DNA of 64,000 nt from Mobula hypostoma (lineage: Eukaryota): positions 215,700,001-215,764,000 of the forward strand of contig NC_086097.1 in assembly GCF_963921235.1 (NCBI RefSeq), written 5' to 3'. Shown in pieces: positions 37,786-48,624 of the stretch (position 1 is its first letter; every line of letters starts with the position of its first letter). Below the pieces are notes generated by a model. The model saw nothing but the letters and a program-made list of their open reading frames with translations. It did no database searches and was not told the origin of the DNA. A program made the translations under genes and the position numbers.

Positions 37786-38574
37786 GTGTTCGAACCATCT
37801 TAAATCCAGTGACAATAATCACCACCCTTGATTTTTAAAATAAGATATTGGTGCTTAAGGTTGGAAAATATTGTCCTCGCACAACCAGGACTAAAATCTC
37901 AAATACATGTAATGCTTCCACTATTACCTATAAGCCAAACCCCACATAGAATTATCACTTGTAATGTTGACGAAGCAACAAATGTAAAGCTGACCAATAT
38001 TCCGACCAGTTTTCATATGATCAACCTGCAGTTAAACCTAACCCAATTTAAGTGAAATGCGACATACAATATTAGACCCTACTGCTGACTCGTCAACGAC
38101 TGTATTGGCTGCATCTGCACTGTTTCTTTGGACTAAATATTGATGTACAGACCTCAAATATTTGATGTAGATAGTGAGCAACATGTTTTACAATCCTGCC
38201 TTCAACGTAAAAGCATTAAAATTCCGAACCACGTTTCATACCTTGCAGAATACACCCCAGGGAGCGGACTACAATTTGAAATCAGCTCGGTTCCTATGGA
38301 ATAATACTATAGAAAAAAATACAACGATTTATTCATAAGGTAATTATTATGGCTTACTTAAATATATTATCCGTTGTAAAAAGAAGATTCATCTGAAAAT
38401 TGAATGAAGATATTGACTTTGATGTAACTTTCAGATTATTTATTGAACAAAATAATTTAATTACAGTTTATTTTTGAAACTATTTAAGAAGGTATCAGAT
38501 TTGGATTCAACGCCAAATTCCGATTGTTGATGATAATAATTTAAAATTTTCAGGTTGAAAACGCTGTTTATTCT

Positions 38575-38576
<2 letters not shown>

Positions 38577-38620
<44 letters not shown>
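38577..38620. repeat. (GT)22 microsatellite
   Basis: 44-nt perfect GT repeat. Confidence 0.97.
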
Positions 38621-38624
<4 letters not shown>

Positions 38625-41600
38625 CCTGTGATTGTACTTGATCCAGATCAGGGGTCAGCTGCATTCATACCGCCTGCCAATCAGGCAGCAGGTCAGGTCC
38701 ACTGCAGTAAATTAAGGATTTTGTACAAACAGGCAAGATCGCGCGCGCGCATTGGGGTAATCATATTTGAGGAGTGCCATCGACGCTTCTGTCTGTTCAT
38801 TTTCGTCAAGCCCTGAACGACGCAGGTGATTCTTAGCATTCTTTTGTTCAGTAAAACCTTCTTATATCATCTGATATTTTCGAAGAGGATACTTACCAGT
38901 CGGTTAAAAGAACTGCATGCAGCATAATAATCCACATCCTTTTTACAAACCATGTTCTCTGTCAATATCTTTTTTTCAGAAAAAAAACCTCGATTCTATA
39001 GAAACGACGGGCGCCCACTCAAAGTGACCTTTCAGATGCTATAGTCACCTACAGGGTTTCGTTAATTTGAATCCATTACAGAGATCGAGCGCATTTGAAC
39101 CCTCGTGAAATTGATCAGTGAAACTATTAGTACCGACAAATATTCTTCGGAATTTATTTTGACTCTCAAGGTACATACGTACTAGCACTTATTCTACATT
39201 TCAAGTTTCCTGTTAACATTTGGGGCCCGTTTTATGTTCGTGTTAGCTGTCCCACTGTTTATCAACAACGTAATCATTAGATCATGCAGTTCATGTTTTA
39301 GCTATGTGACCTAGCACCTTCTTACCTGAAATCATTTCCCACATTAACTCCAGTGAGGACAGGATACTGACTGGCCACTCGTCTGTCCAGTGTAGAAGTT
39401 GCGACGTCAAACAAACTTTCGTCAGATAATAGCTCTTGCAGCTGAAGTGCCTATAGAAGTTCTCCCTTTCTTTTTTTTCAATGAGGCCTATGGTCAGTAC
39501 TGATTAATAACTTTTTTTTCTCTCCCTCTGTTGTGAAGTGCAGGCCCATTGCAGGACAATAGAAGTGCCCTGTGACCAAGAAAAGACTCGACCTTGTGCT
39601 GTTTCATTGTGTGAAGCTGAGAAACGTCTTTAGGGGAGAGACCCAAAGCGCTGACCCGCATATCTCCCGCAGACACTTCATTCACTCAGCTCGACTTGCA
39701 GTCGCCCGAAACCCTATTGTTTCACCACAACAATGTATAGATTTTTGTTATAAAATAAACCTTATACACTCAAAAACGTTGGTTTATTATCATGAATGTT
39801 GTATGTTATAGCATATGCGTTGTTTGCTTCCACTTGAACTTTTCAAACGGGCAACTGTTTGCAAATTCCGCCTCACTGTGGAAATATTACTTGTTTAATG
39901 TGTATTTTACCTAGTGGAAGCAGTCCTTTAGATTCTCCGCAGGAATTATTTTAATGATCCCCCAGGAAAGGTTAATTTATTTTTAAATCAAGATTTTTTT
40001 TAGATCCGCCAATAATATATTTCTTCACTTAAGTAGAATCGAATGCGGCAAACTTACTATTGGTGTGATCCACTTTCTTAATATAGCTGTTGTACACTAC
40101 CTGAACGCGTTGTAACTAACACTTAGCTGGTCATTTTTATTCAATTGCCTTAAGATTCGATTTTGAGCTATATGAATTTGATTTGACATGAAGCGAAGAG
40201 ACAACGTGTTCAACGGAAACGTGTTACGTTCGGAACACATCGCACCTTTTCTGTTTGCTTTGAAAGAGCGTTGAAAGATTACCAATGCCGCTATTGATGG
40301 GGTCCAAATTGACCAATGGCCCTTCATGTCAGCTGGATGCTCACACCTCTGAAATAAGACTAATGAACCCTAATCTGACGTCATGTTATTCATATCTCTG
40401 AAACAGATTTAAAGGCTTACGCAATGTAAATTGTAAATATTAAACTGAATGCTACATCACATTCCTTTCCGCAATAAAAATGTAGAGAAAAACCATGACC
40501 TGAAAATGTTTTGGTGAAAACGTCTTTTGTATTACACAGAAAGTGTAAGGAAATGACAGACTCCTTTCTATGGTTCAACGTATCAGTGTAAAGGCATTGA
40601 AAAATAGCACTGATTTAAAAATAATTTAAAAGTACACTCAATGCAGTTATTTCTCGAATAGGAACAATGCAGCTGTTCCTATTCGACGGAAGTAACCATA
40701 GGCAAATATTCGGATTGCGCGCTGCACGTATTTTAAGACATTGAGGCCTGACCGCTTCTGCAAAATCCGTCGTATTTATATGCAAATATTCTAGATGCTT
40801 CTTTATTGATGTCACTGCGAACATGAAGTAAATAGCAAGAAATAATCGGTCTGTGCGGCATTAAAGTTTGTTACAACCAGGCAAGGAACGCCTCTGAGAT
40901 AATTGATTGAAGTTGTGCTTACCTGACAAATCTAATAAAGTTGTGTACTTTAGAAATCCACCAACATGCACGTATCTGTACAAATTGCTCGGCACGTGGG
41001 CATCACATGTATATAGTACATACGTTATACTTAGCCGTCACATCCTCCCTATCATTCTATACCCTTACCGGCCTCAGGGTCATTAGGACGTTTGCGACGG
41101 TCTACCCAAATAACGTGGAAATGCCAAACGAAAGTGGTGCGTGGTGAGTGCTAGGTAAATGTCAGACTCGTTACAATTCACCATTCACATCGCCTTAAAA
41201 ATCCGGGCCCTAAAAGAAAAAATATATAATTGCTATATTATATTTTTTCTCAAAAAATATTTCATTTACTCGAGACTGGTCAAATCTGCTGTATATAATG
41301 TAAGGCCACGCTCAGCTGTATGGACGCGTTCCTCTCAAAAGTTTGAGTTTTGGCGTCAAAACCTTGTTTTAAAACAAGGGTGAAAATATTGTTTACATGC
41401 AGCAGACGGGCGTAAACAATACAGAACATAGCATAAACCACGCTCGCTGCCGGGATCCTGAGACACAGTTTTCCAAATGCATGCCACAGAGATTCTTAAC
41501 AGGGCTGAATGGGGCGTATTATAATGCAGTATGGGTAGAGGGAAATTGACCTGTCAAAGATATACAATAAAAACGCATCAGACTTGAAACCATTGCCAGT

Positions 41601-44600
41601 GACAAATTCCTAGTTTTTGAGACTTGAGGCAGACTTGGTGCCTGTTATGAGGTGACAGCATCTATGAAACAATAATAATGGCGCAGTCTGTAAAGTCGCC
41701 GCAGTTAGAGGTCATTTTGTTAAGGACGTCCTATTAAACCTTCCCGAAGAAAGACGATGACTGACTCTGGAGAGGGTAACACTATATGCTGAAACGATTT
41801 CCAAGTCCTATCGAGGTAGCGTCATTCAGTCTACCGCCGTCAGCTGGGGCACTGCGCAGGCCTTCTCAACATTCAGTTAGGCAACGATTAGAAAATTGAC
41901 TGTAAGTCTGTATGATCGTTTTAGATTAGAAATCGTTCATTTCCTGTTAATAATCCCGCATTTGGAATTATTAAATGCATGCCGAATTCGCGCAGAATAC
42001 GGATTAAGAATCTTTTGACTAACCAGGCTTGGATTTGGAAAATAACCCGAGCCGGTAGGGAGATTTCTTCAAAAAAGACATAAGAGTTTTACGAAACGGA
42101 GTATTAACAAAATTGATGGTTAATCGTGGATTTTGATTAAATGTATTAAAGGCTAAAAGATGCCATCTCGCATTGACAATAAATAGTTATTGCAATAAAC
42201 TGGTTACAAATCTATTTTGGTAAGGTTAATTTTGTATATGTGTAATATCACTATAGTTACTACGTTCTAACAATATAATAGAAATATTGCTAAATATTTG
42301 CAAAACGGTGACTGCTCTTGGGCGTTGGGTTTGTAACTGCATGGATTTCTATGTGCCATCCGGTTTTAGAAAGTGTTCATTTTCTACTTCAGAAATATAC
42401 GTGTTTTGATATGCATTTCCAAACCATTAGCAATCCCCATTCCGTTTCTATAGGTTCATATTGGATTGAAACTACGACCAGGGCAGTTTGTTTTCGCTTC
42501 TCGGAAACAAATTAAGTGTTCCGCAATTCCACCTGGCAGAGAACACGCAAAAGTGTCTTTTTCATTGTGATTCATCTGGTTCTTAAGTGCACAGTGCGTG
42601 CAGTCAGTACCCCCTTTCAGAGCGCATTGCGAACACCCCGCCCAGTGGAACTGCGCTGGGCTTCTCGTCAAATCAAATACACTCTTTGTTGCTGCTATAA
42701 AGTAAATGTATCGGGCACGATCTTCCAATTATTATGAAACCTCCTTGTGGGCCAGATCCTTAACATTTGCTGTGTGGCCTGGAAAACCTGCACATTTAAA
42801 CGAGTTTGTGGGAGCGAGAAGTGTTTTAGCGTGTTCAAAGCCAGATGTTCACACACAAAAGATGAAGAAGAGAGAGAGAGAAAGTGGGGGGGAAAGTCCC
42901 CACGTTTGGAATTGGGAAATACACATCAAGTCTGCTAGAGGCAGCAGGAGCCTTGAGAGTGACTGATTTAACTCATTGTGATGCATGATGCGACCTGCCC
43001 TCTTTTGACAAAAAAAAGGCATGCTTAACTGAGCTGGGAGCATCTGACTCAGAATGAGAGAATGCAATGCGCTCATCCCACTATTTCAACAGCTCTTCCA
43101 GAACGTGCAGACCGCTGACAAAATGCTCCGCCGCTGCAAAGCCAACATATTTGTTACCATTGTCCCACGTTATGGATGTGCGAGAGGTACTAAACGGAAG
43201 AAGACGGTGTAATGAGAAGACGTCGATTCAGTTGTAAGGTGCGTGCTTCTGTCTTAAGCAATGTATACGTTGAAACAATGTGCATGAGTCGCGGCCTCTC
43301 CTTTCTCCCACCAGTTCCATAATACGTGCAAGTGGCTGCTGTGTGTAATTTTCTTGTAAAAGAACATTTTTTTTTGGCAGGGAGGGCAGGCGTGGCGGAT
43401 AAGGGGATAGCTCGCACGGCGGGGGAAGAATAGACCTCCCGCATATGTCCACCTCTGTTCACACAATGACTCCGAATTATATTCGTGCTGCGTGGCTGAG
43501 ATCGAAATGTATATTTACAGATGTATATAAATATGTATATATAGATAGATATATATTCTGACCTTCTTTTCTTCCTATCTGACGTTTAGTGTAGGTCCAG
43601 AAATAATCCTATCCTTTGTGCGCTCTCCAACCCCCACCCTCCCAGTAGCACTCCTCTTCATCTTGACCTTGTCGAGTACGCGTCCCCACCACTCCTGTGG
43701 TCGGTCGGTCGGTCGGTGCATTCATTTCCTAAGGTTTTCTTTTGACTTGAAAGTCTTTAACAAGAGAGAATCAATCCTGTTTACTTCGTAAAATGTTAGC
43801 GCTCCTTCTTCTTAGGAATCACACAGCTTACCAGACGAGACAGAAATTAGTAAACCTAGCCCTAAGAAAAAATTCACAAGTAAAGAATGCAAATTGCCTT
43901 TGCTTTCTTTGTCTATAGTGCTGAAGCAATGGAAGCTCTGGTTCTTTTGAAAGGAAAAAAATGGCGAGTCCCATTGTAACGAGACTATTTTCTTCCGGTA
44001 CAAGCACTTTAGTGAAGAAATTCTACAGAACCGACTTCTTTCGATGATTGTTTTGTGCCCTTCTCATTGTGGGTGAACATTTGAGGAAAGTGACATTTCA
44101 ATCCATTACATATCATACAGGACTGCAATTAGGGATTCCCCATTTTTACGTTCATTATCCCGTTTTAGTAAATTTTGTCCTATTTTGTTCTTTTCTTCCC
44201 TTTCCTCGATTTAGGATTGTCTTATTTGTTGGTCTGCAGTATTAGTTCTTCAGAATGTTTCACCACCAGGAGCTACAATTAGAGCTCATCGTATAAAGGA
44301 AAGGGCATATGGTAACGATGGATACCAAGCTTCAATCGCAATAATGTTTAGAAATGTTAAAATGTGTGTTCAGGGAAATTTCTATAGTGGTCTCCCTACT
44401 CACTTTAATCTATTGTAATAACATATAAGGAATCTCTTTTTAAAAGTAAGAGGATGGTCTACTAATCAAAATAGTTGTTGTTATAAATAAGAAACTAAAA
44501 AGAAGAAATTCTAGTGTTTTATGAATATAATCAGATTTGCCCTATGCATTGCCCTGTGCACTCTATTTTTTTGTGTTATTAACGACAATGAATTCCTATA

Positions 44601-44847
44601 TCTTTCACCAAAAAAGAAAGATATTTTCAATTAAATTATTCGTAGTTTAAGGCCTTTGTTTAACAACAGATAATTTGGCGAAATAGAGCCATTTGAAAAT
44701 GTGCATTGCAAAACTTGGGTTTTTGAAAGAAGCTATACTATATATTACCAATGCTGATCCGTACATCGGTTCCCATCAAAAATACTACAACTGATTATTC
44801 CGCGGCGTTAAAGTCATCTATAAAAGGGAGAATATGATCGCAGCTTC

Positions 44848-44868
44848 TTCAAGACCATGGACAGCGAT
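44848..44868 (+). promoter_or_regulatory. Candidate RE1/NRSE (REST) site
   Basis: TTCAAGACCATGGACAGCGAT versus consensus TTCAGCACCACGGACAGCGCC: correct spacing, intact GGACAG half, two mismatches in the left core. Confidence 0.5.
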
Positions 44869-46720
44869 CCGGTTATGACTTTATGTTAAATTGACAACAC
44901 AGCCACAGCTGTTCATCAGTAGATTAACTTATGATCCTATTTAGACTTTTATTAGGCGAGTAAATTAATTAATTGCAACGATCTGCTGACACGTTTTATC
45001 TTCTTAGAGATTTACGTGTACAAAAAGGTTGTTCGTGCATAGTATGTAGACGGATATTTCTCCGGATGTACAATCTACGCGAGTTCAGATGGAATCACCG
45101 CGGTGTGCCCAGCATGGGCCTCCTATTTCGGACCTGTTTGCCCTCGCCGACTCTGTGTGTTTATAAAGCGCTCTGCTTATACACTGGAAGACACAGAGTC
45201 AGTAAAGGCTGTGTGCTCTATGCACCCCCCCCCCCCCGCCAACACAGCAACCCGCAACCATCCCCCCCACACACACACTCACAGCGCAATCACCACCCCT
45301 TCCCGCCGCCTCCACCTCCGCATTCCCTTAATCACCAGCGCATCCACTGCGAAAGCCCCCCTCTCCTAATCGAATTGGTCTGCATCACCGGCGGGGTCTG
45401 GCGCATTACATTTACGAGAAATAGAAAGACAATTCTGCATAAACTAGGTCAATCAAACGGTTGCCAATGCCATTCTCAAATGGGTGCGTGTCATGGGTGT
45501 GCATTGTGATGTGCCTGCGCGTCCTTTATTTTATCTGCTGATTCCATACGTTGGCGTGAAGAGGTGCTAGTTGAAGTGCGTGTTTTGAAGAAAAGGGCAT
45601 CATATTCGGGAAGAATCGGTGAAATATCACGATTTTATGAATTCACTCTGGAACACCGTGGAAATATGAACGCGGGGTAATATTCCATTTGAGCGTTAAT
45701 CTCGTTATTGACTGCTTTCTATGGCTTGCAGTCTTTCAGTGCCGACAGGCGACCTTATTTCGATAGTCGGGATAACGCTAGCACCGGCACAGAACAAGCT
45801 TCCTGTGTAGATTCCGCAATATCGCTCTGAAACCTGACTCGTAAACTAGTTGCAGCTCTCACGGATTCATTGGGCCGACTATCCTGATACGTGTCCTGCA
45901 TTTTACCTGGGCGGGGATGACGTTATAAACAACTTTATTAAATTACTTTACAAGAGGTGAGGTACAGTAATAGAAATAGCTAGAGTACGGCACTTGACCG
46001 AACGCCAATATTTCTATGGGGTTCCTGTAGCCGTTTTGAAGCAAATAGCATTGCTTTGTGTTTTAATGACAACAGCAGAGAATAGGGCAGGTCCATTCCT
46101 TAACGCGTTCCTAAATAGTGATCTGGTATAATGTTATTTATTGATTTGAAGAGCTTTCAACAGTAACCGAAGGGTTTTGAAGTAGTTCGGATTATAATGA
46201 CTCACCGACCCACTATCCCTAATCCCTACCCCTTTCCCTGGATAACTGTGATCTCTCTTAAACAGATAGTAGGTGTATTTGCCGGTGGTTGTGGTGCGGA
46301 TGGGGTTGAGAATCAGAGGACACGTGTGCTCACAAATGTGCAAAAGTAAGCGAAAATATTCACCGAATATTTTCCAGTGGTCCCGTCCGTGTGGCAGGAA
46401 TGGTTACCTCGAGAGGGAAGGGCGGGGAAATTGTCGACCACTGGGCCGCCAGAGGCAACAGCTACGATTTTTAAAGACTGCTTTGAATAAGTATCTCGTT
46501 CGCAACCCTCTTGTTGAATTTCAAAGGACTGCTTGAAGGAAAATGTTTCAAGATATAATTGGCACAGTGGTGTTGTCGCCGACAGATGACTAGGTGGGCG
46601 CTGCCGTCTCTACCGGGGCGTTGCAACCCCACAAGGCCCGGTGATGCTGAGATCCGCAGCCTTTCCAGACTCTCAAGGACATGGAGATGATCAGGAGTTT
46701 GGGAGCCAACATCTGCCTGC

Positions 46721-46736
46721 CCGGTGACGTCACCGG
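46721..46736. promoter_or_regulatory. Full palindromic CRE (TGACGTCA) within a 16-bp perfect palindrome
   Basis: CCGGTGACGTCACCGG, with TGACGTCA at 46725-46732, ~1.8 kb upstream of the miRNA. Confidence 0.55.
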
Positions 46737-48000
46737 CCCCATGTAATCCTCTTGTGCTAAAAGCAGATCCTTATTTGTTTGCCTCGAGAGCCATTAATCC
46801 CTAAACCCGGATCAGAAGCACGGGGGCAAGGGCTGCAAGAGACTATTCTGGCTGTATCGTGCCGCCAAGAAACTAGAAAAGTCTGCCTCTTGCACCATCA
46901 TCCGGAGATGCAGCGCATTGAAGTCAACCTTTACACAGAGGTTATGCTGTTATTTGCCTTCATTTGCCGAGATTATATAAGTATATGTTGATTGGTTGCA
47001 GACCCAGCCTTCCTGAAAGACGTGCAAATGGCATCTGTGCAACTGAACTTTGCAGTGCCTCGGTTTCATGGACGACATCCTGATTCTGAAAACCGGCGAC
47101 CGCCTCGGTGTTAGAAAAGGGCTCCGTCAGCACCCCTCTTCCCAAACGAGTAAAAGCCCTCTTGCTGTCATCTATTAGAGAAACTGTAGCTCTGTAGTTT
47201 CCTCCAGTTCGCTCCGGGAGGGTAGTCTGTGATGTCCTATATGTGTTCTCACCGTATTCTCTCACTAACGTGACAGGGGAAAAAAATCTTCCAGAGAAGG
47301 CGCTTTATTTCTTTACACTTCACAAGCGTTTCTCTGGGCTGTTTACTGGAACAGGATCACCCGTTTGCTGAGGTTTTGTTTAGTGCGTGGACGGCCAAAC
47401 CTTGACTGTTTAAAGAAATGTCTTTGTATCTTACAGATTCCTTTGCCCTTTACTATGTCTGGCGGCGGTCGAGAACCGACCTCCCGTTCTAAACTCCATG
47501 TTGTTTGTGTTCTTTATAGGAGACCGCTTCACCCTCATCTTTCACCGACCGAATGCCGTGAGCACCTTTGAGGTTAAAATCAGCCCGTCCGCGGTAGCTT
47601 CCTTTCAACAGGCCAGATCCAACGCTTGCATAAAAGGAAAAGAACGGAGAAATGGACACGATCAAGACCCTCTCAATGACTCTTCTTTCACGCGGACCTA
47701 AGCACAGAACTTCTGCAAGGGTCAGTCATCCCTGCAGGGATTATTCTTCACGGATACTATGGGTAAATGTATGCACACACTTCTCCTTGAGCACCGGGCC
47801 CCTGCACAGTGATTTTGAGCGAGACGTGTTTTGGGTTTGTTTATTATATGCTGTATATTTAAAATGTGACAATATTTACCGCAGGACTACACAAATCAGC
47901 ATCTGCAGCTCTGTGGAGTGTAGCAAATGCCGGACCAGATGGGCTTCCCTGCTCACAGGGGACTGGGCAGGTGCTTCGTCTACTGATTTTGCGCACTGCA

Positions 48001-48089
48001 GAAGAGGAGAGGAGAGAGAGAGGGGGGGGGGAAGAGAGAGAGAGGGAGGGGGGGAGAGAGAGAGTGGTAAAAGAGAGGGAGGGCAGAGA
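48001..48089 (+). repeat. Polypurine (GA/G-run) tract
   Basis: GAAGAGGAGAGGAGAGAGAGAGGGGGGGGGG.. is almost purely purine; a C-rich tract follows at ~48156-48189. Confidence 0.9.
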
Positions 48090-48565
48090 CCTTACTTTCT
48101 GTATTGTTCAAAGTTGTAATCAAAATGCACAGATTCTCTATGTTTTCTTATTAATCTCCCCCACCCCTCCAGCATCCCCCCCCACCCCCAGAGCATTCAA
48201 ATCATTCTTACTATAGCTAAACGCGTGTAAAGTTTGTGGTCAGATCCTTCTTGAGGTATGCACAAACAACCTAGCAGCACATATCATCAAAGCCGAACTA
48301 ATGGCAGATTCCTGAAACTGTTTCCGCGTTGGCACAGTTCAACCGCACCGCCGGAAACCAGGGCAGAATGGTTACAATTGACATTACGGTCAGTTTAGCG
48401 AGGAGAACGCAATCAACAAATAAAAGAACAACGTGTACAATTGTTAAGGCATTGGATGTAACGGTTTTATATCACTCTCGCAATGCCACCGGGTGAACTG
48501 GGCTGTGGAATTGCTAATTAACTGTCCCTCTTTTTCCTTCAAGCTGATGGCAGACTCGCGCTCTC

Positions 48566-48624
48566 CGTGTTCACAGCGGACCTTGATTTAATGTCATACA
48601 ATTAAGGCACGCGGTGAATGCCAA
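48566..48624 (+). ncRNA. mir-124: microRNA-124 precursor (mir-124-2-type)
   Basis: 5p CGTGTTCACAGCGGACCTTGAT (48566-48587), loop TTAATGTCATACAAT, 3p TAAGGCACGCGGTGAATGCCAA (48603-48624, canonical miR-124). The loop and 3' flank GAGCCGAGCCACTGACTGCACTT resemble human mir-124-2 as recalled. CNNC motif CTGC at 48640-48643. Confidence 0.98.

Noticed and set aside
44973..45509. 178-aa Pro/His-rich ORF in the CpG domain
   Set aside because: Non-ATG start, low-complexity C-runs and no recognisable domain or splice structure.
46596..46652. Additional RE1-like half sites (also ~45778, ~47126, ~49316)
   Set aside because: Only partial half-site matches with wrong spacing.
47652..48216. 155-aa and 116-aa ORFs with ER/G-rich stretches
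   Set aside because: The charged segments are translations of the GA polypurine tract, with no other sign of coding.
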